From Nitrosopumilales archaeon (GTDB taxonomy: Archaea; Thermoproteota; Nitrososphaeria; Nitrososphaerales; Nitrososphaeraceae): a stretch of DNA of 64,000 nucleotides. The notes under the pieces are model-generated. The model ran no database searches, was not told the origin of the DNA, and was given only the letters and a program-made list of their open reading frames with translations. Below, in pieces: positions 24,158-33,530 of the stretch. The DNA is taken from positions 1-64,000 of the forward strand of contig JBIQJB010000002.1 of the NCBI GenBank assembly GCA_044507735.1, given 5' to 3'. The first letter of the stretch is position 1. The number at the start of each line of letters is the position of its first letter. The position numbers and the translations under genes are program-made.

Positions 24158-24712
24158 TTATTGCTGCAGACCGGAGTGCACGTCGTCTACCAACTTTTCA
24201 TAATGCGCTCTTGTCTTTCCGATTTCTTTCAGTTTTGCTTCTTCTGATTGCGCAAGGTCACTGTTAACCTGCTGGGCCTTGCTCTGAAGGATCATGTCCG
24301 CCATCATGAACAGCCGGTGGTTTTCCTTTGCAAGGTGGAGTGCAACGTGGTCTATGTAAGCCTTGATGTCTGTGACGAGCGCATCAGAAGCACCTGACTG
24401 AAGGTAGTTCTTGGCAGACTCTTCCATCTTGCCTGCAAGCTCCTTTGTAATTTCATGCTCAAAGAGCATTCTGGCAATGGGACCGCCTTCTCTTGGCATA
24501 CCGCTCTTCTCAAGCGCCGGAAAAAGCGAATCCTCTTCCTTGCCATGGTGGCATACATTTGTAAAGTTCTTTGTAAAGTCGATTATCTGTTCCAAGATGG
24601 GCGCAGGAATGGTCTTGCCACTCTTCAACAGCGTGGCAGTCGTATCAAGCGCCTTGAGCATCTTTTCAATCAGGTCATGATCTCTTCGCAGCGATTCTGT
24701 AGTCGTGGACAT
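24158..24712 (-). CDS. Hemerythrin/HHE domain protein
   Basis: RDH..HHGKEEDSLFP..MLFEH..HLAKENHRLF. Confidence 0.92.
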   Translation of the reverse strand: MSTTTESLRRDHDLIEKMLKALDTTATLLKSGKTIPAPILEQIIDFTKNFTNVCHHGKEEDSLFPALEKSGMPREGGPIARMLFEHEITKELAGKMEESAKNYLQSGASDALVTDIKAYIDHVALHLAKENHRLFMMADMILQSKAQQVNSDLAQSEEAKLKEIGKTRAHYEKLVDDVHSGLQQ

Positions 24713-24801
24713 TTCCGAAAAAGCTCTGAAGCAAGATAATTAATTTATTTCTGCCGGCAATAGATATGCTTATCCGATCGCACGACTATTGTCTTGCGCA
24801 T

Positions 24802-25155
24802 ATGTTGTACCTTGTTATCGATTCGGTCAAGCTGGAATTCGTTGCGCCCGATCTAGCAGTAGCACAGATGAAGATGCTGCAGCAGACCTTCAATGTCTAC
24901 CGTGAGCTGAAAGAGCAGGGCAAGCTCAAGTGCGTGTATGCATTTGCAGACTCTCCCGGAGGGATAATGGTTCTGGACGTGGCATCGAATGAAGAACTTC
25001 AACAGACGTTGTTCTTGCTGCCTTCTATGCCTCTTGTAGAAAGGACTGTGAGGCCGTTGACAGAGGTCAAGTCTGTCGAAGAAATCATTGTTGAGCTAGA
25101 GTCGATAGTGAACTCTATGCCGAGAAAGCCGGGGCAAGAAAAGTCCACTGACTAG
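24802..25155 (+). CDS. Muconolactone delta-isomerase-like / DUF3303 dimeric alpha-beta barrel protein
   Basis: LKEQGKL..YAF..GGIMVLDVASNEEL..L..LP..V.PL. Confidence 0.65.
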   Translation: MLYLVIDSVKLEFVAPDLAVAQMKMLQQTFNVYRELKEQGKLKCVYAFADSPGGIMVLDVASNEELQQTLFLLPSMPLVERTVRPLTEVKSVEEIIVELESIVNSMPRKPGQEKSTD

Positions 25156-25425
25156 AGTTGGAATGTATAGTAGCAGTAGCAGAAGACTGCGCTAGAAAAG
25201 GAAGGTATTATGATCTGCCGACTAGAGGTACTGCAACTGTCCAATGTTGGTCAACCTGGTAATACAGCATCCGCGTATTACAGGACCATCCACGATGCGA
25301 TTTAGACATACTCGCGCGCATCTTTTGCGATCTGTCTGTGAAATGGTCTAGATGAACCCGGCAGAAACCGTTGCATCTGCGATATTCTGTGTGAATTTGC
25401 GTGCATCGCCCTTTTGTTGGGATCA

Positions 25426-26847
25426 TCAGATGTCGTAATAAAGCATGAACTGTCTCTCTTTCGACTTTCCGGCGTAGGCGATCTCTTCTTCCTTGATCTC
25501 GATGTATGTTTCAAGCAGGTCTCCCCGGAAGCAGACTCTTAGATATTCTCTATCGCCCTTGAGTGCATCCAGAGACTCTTGCAGGCTGCTTGGAAGCGAC
25601 TTGATGCCCATGCTCTTTCGTTGCTGGTCTGACATCTTGTATATGTCCTCATTAACGGGGTCACCCGGCTCAATTTTTTTCTTGATGCCGTCAAGGCCGG
25701 CTGCCACTATGGCAGAAAACGCAAGGTATGGATTGGCTGAAGGGTCGGGCGCCCTGAACTCGACACGTTTGGATTTGGCATTATTTCTGTCGTTCACTGG
25801 CACCCTCAATATCGCTGACCGGTTGCCTCTTGACCATGCTGCATAGACTGGCGCCTCAAAGCCGGGCACCATCCTGTGATACGAGTTAACTGTAGGTGAT
25901 GTAAGTGCGACCAGCGACGCTGCATGGCTCAATATGCCACCAATAAAGTACCTGCCTGTCTGGCTTAGCTCTGCATACTTGTCATCTGGGTCGTAAAAGA
26001 TGTTCCTGCTGTCATAGCCCGCTGCTCCTGACCATAGGCTGATGCTGACGTGCATACCGGATCCGTTATCGCTTTCTATGCCTCTTGGATCGTTTTCGTC
26101 AAAGAGGGGCTTGGGCATAAAGTTCGCAACCTTGTTGTGGCTTTTTGCAACGCTTCTGACCGTATCTTTGTAGATCTGGACGTTGTCTGCTGACCTGGTC
26201 AGCGTACTATGCATAAAATTGATCTCCATCTGGCCACTGCTTGCGACTTCGTGGTTCATGTTGGTAACCCTTATCAGGTAATTCCTTTTCAAGATCTGGG
26301 CAATCTCAAACCTCAACTCTGCCAGCGAGTCTTGAAACGGTGGCGCATCATAACCTCCCTTTCTCTTGATAGGATACTTGCCCGCTCGTTCTGCAGACAC
26401 AACCTCCGGTCCCTGTTTGCCAAACACAATCTCGTCAAAGATAAAACACTCTACTTCTGGTCCTGCTTGGCACAAAAGTCCTTCTCTAGCAAGCTGTTCT
26501 TCCATGAGCTGGGAAACATGCCTTGGGTCCCGCAACAACCTTCCCTTTCCAAAGCCTTCATACACATCAGCAATGACCATTGAGACTCTGTAGTTCTGAA
26601 TTGGAGCAGATCGTTCAGTCGATGCGTCGGGCATCAACAGCAGGTCTGACTCGTCTATTTTTGCAAACCCCTTTACGGACGAACCGTCAACACCAACGCC
26701 ATTTCGAAGGTAATCATTCCCGTCAGGAGCGATGTACTTTGCCAAGAATCTCCCGGTGACATCGGTATATCTGATTTGGACAAAGTCGACGTCCTCTGAC
26801 ACCGGCTTGTCTGCGGTCTGATGCTCAAATGAATCCTTTAGTGTCAT
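25426..26847 (-). CDS. glnA: Glutamine synthetase type I
   Basis: DGSS..ESDL, GPEVE, HEVA..GQME, FMPKP, NGSGMH, PGFEAP, NRSA, RVEFRAPDPSANPYLA. Confidence 0.92.
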   Translation of the reverse strand: MTLKDSFEHQTADKPVSEDVDFVQIRYTDVTGRFLAKYIAPDGNDYLRNGVGVDGSSVKGFAKIDESDLLLMPDASTERSAPIQNYRVSMVIADVYEGFGKGRLLRDPRHVSQLMEEQLAREGLLCQAGPEVECFIFDEIVFGKQGPEVVSAERAGKYPIKRKGGYDAPPFQDSLAELRFEIAQILKRNYLIRVTNMNHEVASSGQMEINFMHSTLTRSADNVQIYKDTVRSVAKSHNKVANFMPKPLFDENDPRGIESDNGSGMHVSISLWSGAAGYDSRNIFYDPDDKYAELSQTGRYFIGGILSHAASLVALTSPTVNSYHRMVPGFEAPVYAAWSRGNRSAILRVPVNDRNNAKSKRVEFRAPDPSANPYLAFSAIVAAGLDGIKKKIEPGDPVNEDIYKMSDQQRKSMGIKSLPSSLQESLDALKGDREYLRVCFRGDLLETYIEIKEEEIAYAGKSKERQFMLYYDI

Positions 26848-26962
26848 GGGGATCTACTATCTTATTGTATGATATAAAGCATAATATCAAAATGATTGAT
26901 ATTTGGAAAATTTTGATAGCGGAGACTTTATATCTGATAAACTCATACGACACGGAAGATAC

Positions 26963-27406
26963 ATGGATGATACAGATGTAAAGATACTCAAGAGGCTGTT
27001 GCACGATGCCAGAACATCTTATCGGAAGGTGGCAGAGGAGATCGGGGTATCTCCGCCTACAGTTCTTTCGAGGGTGGAAAAGCTGGAAAGGGAAGGCATA
27101 ATCAAGTCGTATTCTGCCTTGCTGGATCATGAACAGCTTGGCTATGATCTGACTGCCATAATTGACATTACGGCGACAAAAGGCAAGATCGTCGATCTTG
27201 AAAAGCAGATCGCAAAATTTCCAAATGTCTGTGCTGTTTATGATACCACCGGCCTTACTGACATGACCATAATAGCCAAGTTCAGAAACCGCGCCGAGCT
27301 GTCAAAATTTGTCAAGAAAGATCTTTCACTCCCTTACGTGGATCGCACCAATACGCGCGTAGTTCTCGTAACGGTGAAAGAGGATTTTCGTTTCATAGAT
27401 ATGTGA
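26963..27406 (+). CDS. Lrp/AsnC family regulator, divergent from glnA
   Basis: DDTDVKILKRLLHDAR.SY..VAEEIGVSPPTV.SRVEKLEREGIIKSY. Confidence 0.93.
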   Translation: MDDTDVKILKRLLHDARTSYRKVAEEIGVSPPTVLSRVEKLEREGIIKSYSALLDHEQLGYDLTAIIDITATKGKIVDLEKQIAKFPNVCAVYDTTGLTDMTIIAKFRNRAELSKFVKKDLSLPYVDRTNTRVVLVTVKEDFRFIDM

Positions 27407-27475
27407 CTACAATTTTTCTAGTAGTCGTGTACGATGGCTATATATGGTTGAAATGCGGTATTTTAGCTACCTCCA

Positions 27476-28441
27476 ATGCAAGCGTCAGTTGTATGCTCTG
27501 CATGCAAGAACGAGGTCGTGGTTACGGATCATGAATGCGGCGAAGTTATTTGTAGCCGATGTGGAATAGTGATCGACAGGATCGAGAGCCCGGCCCTACA
27601 GGATTGGCGTGCCTTTAGCGTCGATGAGTATTACAGAAAGAGCAGGACCGGATCGCCAACCTCACTTGCGCGCTACAATAAGGGACTAGTGACAACGATA
27701 GGAAACTCAAAGGCAAAGGGCTTGAACTTTGACAGGATAAGAGTTTGGGATTTCCGGATACAGGCTGCGAATGACAGGAGCCTGAAGCAGGCCTTGCCTG
27801 AGCTTGAACACCTAAAGGAAAGCCTGGGACTGCCAGATGCAATAGTTGAAAAGTCTGCCTATTTTTATAGAAAGGCAAGCCGTGCTGGACTGATAAAGGG
27901 AAGAACCGTTTCCTCTGTGCTTGCCGCATGCGTTTATCTTGCCTGTCGCGAGCTAGAGAATCCTAGAACACTGAGTGAAATCGCAAATGCCTCAAACGTA
28001 CCTCGCAAAAAGATATCACGCGACTACCGTACGCTTGTTCGAACATTCGACCCCAAGATCCCGACAGTAGATCATGCAAGATGCGTCACTCGGATTGCAA
28101 ACAAGGTGGGAGTCAGCGAGAAGACAAAAAGGGCTGCCATAAAGATCATGCGCGACATTGTTGCCATGCAGATCTCTGCTGGCAAGGGACCGATGGGGAT
28201 TGCCGCAACAGTCCTTTACATTGCATGCATGCAAGCAGGAGAGGTCCGGACACAGAAAGATCTTTCGGTTGCCGCTGGAGTCACCGAAGTTACAATCCGG
28301 AACCGCTACAGTGAGCTCAAAAAGTACCTCCAGGATTTTGCCAAATCATCATCATTGGCCATGGCTATCTTCATATTCGTCTTCCAATCGCCGATCTTTA
28401 TGCATACAGCCGCAAGATATGCGACAACCGTGCTACACTAA
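27476..28441 (+). CDS. tfb: Transcription initiation factor IIB paralogue with hydrophobic C-terminal extension
   Basis: Zn ribbon CSAC..CSRCG, DWRAF..RTG, two cyclin repeats, GVTEVTIRNRY. Confidence 0.93.
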   Translation: MQASVVCSACKNEVVVTDHECGEVICSRCGIVIDRIESPALQDWRAFSVDEYYRKSRTGSPTSLARYNKGLVTTIGNSKAKGLNFDRIRVWDFRIQAANDRSLKQALPELEHLKESLGLPDAIVEKSAYFYRKASRAGLIKGRTVSSVLAACVYLACRELENPRTLSEIANASNVPRKKISRDYRTLVRTFDPKIPTVDHARCVTRIANKVGVSEKTKRAAIKIMRDIVAMQISAGKGPMGIAATVLYIACMQAGEVRTQKDLSVAAGVTEVTIRNRYSELKKYLQDFAKSSSLAMAIFIFVFQSPIFMHTAARYATTVLH

Positions 28442-28493
28442 TCCTGAAAATAGTTCGCAAAGCAATAAAAATGATGGGTCAGTTGCAACCGTC

Positions 28494-28604
28494 ATGTCAA
28501 TGACGATGCTGGATCTTGGCGTGGCCGGGCTAATTGTGGCTTTTTCGTCAAGCATCACGTATGGCATCATTCAGTGGTTCAGAGCCAAGAAAAATAGACA
28601 GTGA
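28494..28604 (+). CDS. 36-aa single-TM microprotein between the TFB genes
   Basis: MSMTMLDLGVAGLIVAFSSSITYGIIQWFRAKKNRQ: TM followed by basic tail. Confidence 0.5.
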   Translation: MSMTMLDLGVAGLIVAFSSSITYGIIQWFRAKKNRQ

Positions 28605-28605
28605 T

Positions 28606-29643
28606 CTAAAACATAGCTGCCGCATGAGTAGCGGCAGTTCTGTCCATCTTTTTTACTCTTATCTCTAGGTTAAAGCTCGACAGGATTTCTCTGCATCTAG
28701 TCCGGATCGTAATTTCAGTGACCTTGGAAAAGTTGGCGATGTCTGCCAGGTACATATTCTGGCCACAGATGCAGGCAGATATGTAAAGATATGCTGCCGC
28801 GACGCCTGCGGGGTCCTTTCCGAGAAAAAGAGTACTATTTTCTCCTGTCTGTTGAGCCAGGTCCATGGCCAGCCTCTGCACCCGCCAATCGATTCCTGCC
28901 CTGTTTGACACTTTGGCAATATACCTGTTTATGGGTATGGTTGAGTCAATCGCATTTCTGGAGCTGTAAGTCTCGTTCGTCTCATCAATGACGTCTGTCA
29001 TACACATCGTCATCTTTTTGCAACAGCGGAATGATATTCTCAACATCGATCCTTTGCCACTATTAAAATCTGACGAGCTGACGATCTCTTCGAGGCCTCT
29101 TGCGACACCTGATTGCTTGCACGCAAGATAAACCGCTGCGATAGCGTTTCCCCAGACCGACGAGCCCTTAGTGTTGTTCCTTGATGCGTAGTTCCTGTAT
29201 ATTTTGGCCGCTGCTTCTGACAGCGATCTTGGTAGGAGCATCTTTGAGCAAATCTTGTCTATCGTCGACAATACTCTGGCGATCCTTCTTTCTTCAGATG
29301 TTGCTTTCAGCCTAGAATGCAGCCTGCGGATGCTTGAAACTGACGGAATGGTTGCATAACTGATGGGTCGGCCGGTGTAATCCTTATTTGAAATACCTAT
29401 TTCAGTCTGGAGTCCTCGGTTGACAAGCAAAAAGCTGGTGTGCCCACTACCCCGTGCATTTTTTCGCCTTTCGTCTGAATTGCTTGCCAGTGTTTCATGC
29501 CCCCGGAAGTTCATCCTGTCAATCACAACGTATCCGCAGGATTGACAGACATACTCCCCATGGAAAGTGTCAAAGATGAGTGCAGAGTTACACTCTGGGC
29601 ATGAAAGTTTCATACCGCCATCAAAGGATATGACCTCTTCCAT
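28606..29643 (-). CDS. tfb: Divergent TFB-family protein
   Basis: CPEC..GEYVCQSCGYV, AAVYLACK, GKDPAGVAAAYLYI, VTEITIRTRCRE. Confidence 0.88.
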   Translation of the reverse strand: MEEVISFDGGMKLSCPECNSALIFDTFHGEYVCQSCGYVVIDRMNFRGHETLASNSDERRKNARGSGHTSFLLVNRGLQTEIGISNKDYTGRPISYATIPSVSSIRRLHSRLKATSEERRIARVLSTIDKICSKMLLPRSLSEAAAKIYRNYASRNNTKGSSVWGNAIAAVYLACKQSGVARGLEEIVSSSDFNSGKGSMLRISFRCCKKMTMCMTDVIDETNETYSSRNAIDSTIPINRYIAKVSNRAGIDWRVQRLAMDLAQQTGENSTLFLGKDPAGVAAAYLYISACICGQNMYLADIANFSKVTEITIRTRCREILSSFNLEIRVKKMDRTAATHAAAMF

Positions 29644-29937
29644 AACCTATCACTACCATACCTGCAAAATTCATTTCAATCAACTAGATCAACATCAAAC
29701 TTATACTTCAATGTCGTATGAATTTCACCAAGTCCTGAAGAATCGTTTATGCTAGAGGCAATCATCCTCTGGGAATAGTTTGTCGTGCGATTCTGACGCA
29801 GCTTCTCGGCGGAAGGCAGTACGCAGAATAGCTAATGGATTGACAAAGTTAACTATCAACGTTATTACCTGCTTTGTGTCGCCGAATCATGGATCAGAAA
29901 AAACAACATCACGATCCAAATAACGGAGGAAGCGTAG

Positions 29938-30153
29938 ATGTCTAGAGGTGTAGCGATCTTTATTTTCTGGATGCTTGGCTTTACAATAGGGTCGGTGGGA
30001 TACCTAGCCGTGCCTAACGTGGCGTCGTGGCTTGGGACCATACTACCGGACATTGTAATTAATCAAGCAATACTTGGGTCGATCCTTGCAGGCGTCGTTG
30101 GTTCCGCAGTGAGCACAATCACTGTAGTGACATGGGCCAATAGACCTGACTAG
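29938..30153 (+). CDS. Small two-TM membrane protein
   Basis: Two Gly-rich hydrophobic helices; upstream GGAGG. Confidence 0.75.
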   Translation: MSRGVAIFIFWMLGFTIGSVGYLAVPNVASWLGTILPDIVINQAILGSILAGVVGSAVSTITVVTWANRPD

Positions 30154-30284
30154 GCTTCCGATCCATTTTTTTTCAAGTACCCTAAAATTTTTCTGTAGTC
30201 TCTTGTTGTCAGCTTTGGGTTATCATTTTTGTTGTTGTATTTTGTCTGCATTCCTTTTAGCGAATTTGCAAACGACAAATTGAC

Positions 30285-30620
30285 TTGTACGACATAGGTT
30301 TCATCGTTGCATCAGTATCGTCTGGCGGGATAGCAGGTTTCCTAATAGGCTATGCCGTAAAGAAAGGGATCAAGATCATAATGACCATCGCAGGCCTTTT
30401 TCTTGCCGGCCTTGCATACCTCAACTATCAGGGGATAGTAAAGGTGGATTGGGACCAGGTCGTTGCGATGTCAAACAGTGCTGTTTCGGAATTCTCAAGC
30501 AATGCTGGCAACTATGTTTCAGCTGTGGATGCTCAAGTGATGCCGACACTCATGAATTTTGGCGTTCCCCTAACTGGTAGCTTTGCTACTGGTTTCGTGC
30601 TTGGATGTCTAAAGGGATGA
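30285..30620 (+). CDS. FUN14 family membrane protein (second copy)
   Basis: GGIAGFLIGYAVKK..LAYLNYQGIVKVDW..PLTGSFATGFVLG. Confidence 0.9.
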   Translation: MYDIGFIVASVSSGGIAGFLIGYAVKKGIKIIMTIAGLFLAGLAYLNYQGIVKVDWDQVVAMSNSAVSEFSSNAGNYVSAVDAQVMPTLMNFGVPLTGSFATGFVLGCLKG

Positions 30621-30703
30621 GCCAGCAAGCCAACAATATCTACCCCTGTTGTAAAGAATTGTCAAGGGTACCTGACTTATTCAATGTGTGCAGCCATCGC
30701 TGC

Positions 30704-30865
30704 ATGTTTGTAACAATCGTGTGCGACAAATGCGAATCTATCATACGCAAGTTGATTGTGATGCGATCCGTCAGAGATGTGCTAACATCATCGTGTAATC
30801 GGTGCACGCACTGCGGGGTGCTTCTAAATCCTGCAGCTATAGAAGTCAGAGCGAGAAAGGCATGA
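30704..30865 (+). CDS. 53-aa zinc-ribbon protein
   Basis: CDKC..CTHCG; start MFVTIV inferred. Confidence 0.65.
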   Translation: MFVTIVCDKCESIIRKLIVMRSVRDVLTSSCNRCTHCGVLLNPAAIEVRARKA

Positions 30866-30893
30866 ACAGACCGATAATTCTTTTTTGTTGTTT

Positions 30894-31217
30894 TCATTTG
30901 TCGGGAGGTATGATAACACGTCCCCCGAGACCTAGCAGAAGCTTCGTCATCTGCCTGTAGTGCGACAAGAAAGCCCTGCCCTTATCCGTGGTCTTGAATT
31001 TCATGTCTTGAGACTTTTCCAAGAGGCCCAGCTCAACCAAGTGCCACAAATAAAACTTCAGCATCTGGTGGCTCAGGTTAGCCCTATACATTATCTTGGT
31101 TCTCTTGTTCCACGTGTTGCAAAGCGATAGAATATCTGCAGTGATGTCGACTGCACCCCTCGTACCCCTCCTGAACACGCCCGGATAATTTCCATCTTCA
31201 GCTATACTGGTCAACAA
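30894..31217 (-). CDS. Archaeal winged-helix regulator (HTH_45-like)
   Basis: DITADIL..TKIMYRANLS..YL..L.ELGLL..FKTTDKG. Confidence 0.85.
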   Translation of the reverse strand: MLTSIAEDGNYPGVFRRGTRGAVDITADILSLCNTWNKRTKIMYRANLSHQMLKFYLWHLVELGLLEKSQDMKFKTTDKGRAFLSHYRQMTKLLLGLGGRVIIPPDK

Positions 31218-31925
31218 TCAACCCCTGCCCTTCTGCAAGACAATAGGTCGCATCCAATTTAAGATCGATATGCGGCTTCCTATAGAAGGAGAACGCTTGA
31301 TGTATCTTCTATGCTGTTTTATCGTCCTCCTGTCCTGTGGCCTCTGAACTACTCTTGTCTGCAAGAATATCGCTTTCTCCCTTGTGTGTCATGTCCCTGT
31401 TCCGCTCGTTACATTGATGTTCTTTTTTGCGTGTCATCTTTAGGAGTGCTATCGCGTCCTCATACGTTCCTCTCCAACTTCCACAACGGCTGCGGAGAGG
31501 TCAATTTCGGAAAATCTTCAAGCTCAAGAGAATCATGTCCCGGGCGGGTCAAGGAGCAGGCGAAGGGTTCATTGTTGCCTATCTCGGATTCGTCTGTTCA
31601 GTGAATTGCTCCTCTCAGAGATGGATGGGCATCCACATGGCATTTTGAGGTTCAGCGGAAAGCCGGGTACAATCGTTATCTGAGATTTCCCACCAACAAC
31701 ATGAGCGCGGTCTTTTTTTCTATATCGTTATGCTCGCCAGCATGACGACTGAATAACTCTAAGCGATAAGAAACTCCGATAGCGGAAAGAATGATGCAAG
31801 TACAACCGACGACGCCATGGATCTTCACATCTGCACAAACTTTTCGAACTTTGATTCGAGGCTATTCTCGCTATCTGTGCTTGCATGTTGGCTCAGCGAA
31901 TTCTTGCACACATGCTTTCATTTCT

Positions 31926-33203
31926 TCAGTGCATGTATCCGTAGGACAGCAACAGGTCGCTGTCTCTGACCCATCCGCTCCCAATGTCTGTCCTGTAGAA
32001 CATGTTTGGTATCATGATGTTCGAGACTCGCCTGTATGCCTGCTGCCTCGCTTCCTCTGTAGTGTTGCCCGACCCTGTCACCACAAGAGTATATCCTGAC
32101 CTTCCCGCGATCCGCCAGTCGTTTCCATCTCTCTTTACCTCACCAAGATGAATCCCCTCTAAATTCTGGGTTTTGAAGAGGATGGTGGCATCTTCGGAAA
32201 ACTTTCTGAATGTCTTGTCATCATTGAATGGGAATGGTGGGACTGCGATCACGACTCCTACCTGAAATCCTCTCTTGGTGATCAGTTCGATATTGTCTTC
32301 CCCATTTGCAAGCGAGTAAAGGAACTTGCCCCAATTGTTTGTGATACCTTCCATCTGGATGGATATGGTCGGATATCCAAAGCGAGAGGTGAACTCAAGC
32401 GGATATATGCCAGTTCCGTTTGCTATGCAGTTCACGTCAATATATCCGACATAGCCTGAGGCCGAGAGCATCGGCTTCATTTTTTCAAGCGTCAGCTCGA
32501 ATATCCTGCTGTTTTGTATCCAGAGCATTAGTGTCCCCATTTCGCCCGTGCTAGGGCCGATGTTGCCTGGGAACAGGCGTTTGTGCTCAAAGTTAATGTT
32601 TATGGGTCTGACAAAATCCTTCCCGTTAAAGAATGCGCCCGCTGCCACCTCAACACCGGATGAAAACTGCTGAATCTGGAATATCTTGATCTTGTTGGAC
32701 CAGTACTTCTTGTAGTGGGCAAGGACGTTTATGACATCGTTACCATCTTCTTCCTGTCCGACGAAGAGAAGCTCTTTTTCGTTCTGTGCCTTTCCACTGG
32801 GCTTTATGACGTATCTGCCGGGATTGCTTTGGACAAACTTGATGGCTTCTTCGAAATCAGAAAAGTTCCAGTTGGGAAGTACTGACACACCGGCTTTCAC
32901 AAGCTCTTGCTGGCCGAATTCTCTCTCATTTTCCAGTCTGTCAGTGTATGCGCTGCCGCCGATAACCTTCTTGCCTTCCGACCTGAGCTTGTCAGCTGTC
33001 CGCCCAAGGCCAATGTCGTCAAAAACAATTACGTCGGCCCAGTCGATCTGGTCCTCCCAAGTGCTTACCTTTTCTACAAATCCGTCCCCGACATCCTTTT
33101 CAGTTGGACTGTGAATGAAGAATTTTACTTCATTGCCTTCCTGTGTCACGACGTAGGCGAGATCCACGCTTAGAGCTTCTGGCGACACAAAAAGGAACTT
33201 CAC
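31926..33203 (-). CDS. Atypical phosphoribosylamine-glycine ligase-like ATP-grasp protein
   Basis: LENEREFG, VIKPSG, EHKRLFPGNIGPSTGEMGT, LEFTSRFGYP, YRTDIG; lacks N-terminal GSGGREHA. Confidence 0.85.
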   Translation of the reverse strand: MKFLFVSPEALSVDLAYVVTQEGNEVKFFIHSPTEKDVGDGFVEKVSTWEDQIDWADVIVFDDIGLGRTADKLRSEGKKVIGGSAYTDRLENEREFGQQELVKAGVSVLPNWNFSDFEEAIKFVQSNPGRYVIKPSGKAQNEKELLFVGQEEDGNDVINVLAHYKKYWSNKIKIFQIQQFSSGVEVAAGAFFNGKDFVRPININFEHKRLFPGNIGPSTGEMGTLMLWIQNSRIFELTLEKMKPMLSASGYVGYIDVNCIANGTGIYPLEFTSRFGYPTISIQMEGITNNWGKFLYSLANGEDNIELITKRGFQVGVVIAVPPFPFNDDKTFRKFSEDATILFKTQNLEGIHLGEVKRDGNDWRIAGRSGYTLVVTGSGNTTEEARQQAYRRVSNIMIPNMFYRTDIGSGWVRDSDLLLSYGYMH

Positions 33204-33290
33204 GCCCTTTGTACAGCAGCGCAGTAATTTAAAAAGTATTTTTGAGTAGACTAGCAATTCTTTAATAGAGTCGCACTCTCTTTCATACGC

Positions 33291-33530
33291 ATGGCTGAAG
33301 CATACGTGCTTATCAACTGCGATCTTGGAACCGAAGATGGAGTAATCAAGGAGCTGAAATCGATAAATGGAGTTTCAGAAGTAAAAGGAGTGTTTGGCGT
33401 TTATGATGTGATCGCAAAAGTGAATGCGCCTTCAGAGAGCGACATAAAAAAATTGATTGCAAAAATACGCTCAATGGATAGCATCAAATCGAGCCTTACG
33501 ATGATGGTAATCGAAGGTCAAGGGGACTAG
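33291..33530 (+). CDS. Stand-alone Lrp/AsnC ligand-binding (RAM) domain protein
   Basis: AYVLINC..V..GV.EV..VFGVYDVIAKV; no HTH. Confidence 0.9.
   Translation: MAEAYVLINCDLGTEDGVIKELKSINGVSEVKGVFGVYDVIAKVNAPSESDIKKLIAKIRSMDSIKSSLTMMVIEGQGD

Noticed and set aside
31300-31900. Short ORFs between the winged-helix and ATP-grasp genes
   Set aside because: No recognisable family; likely decayed sequence
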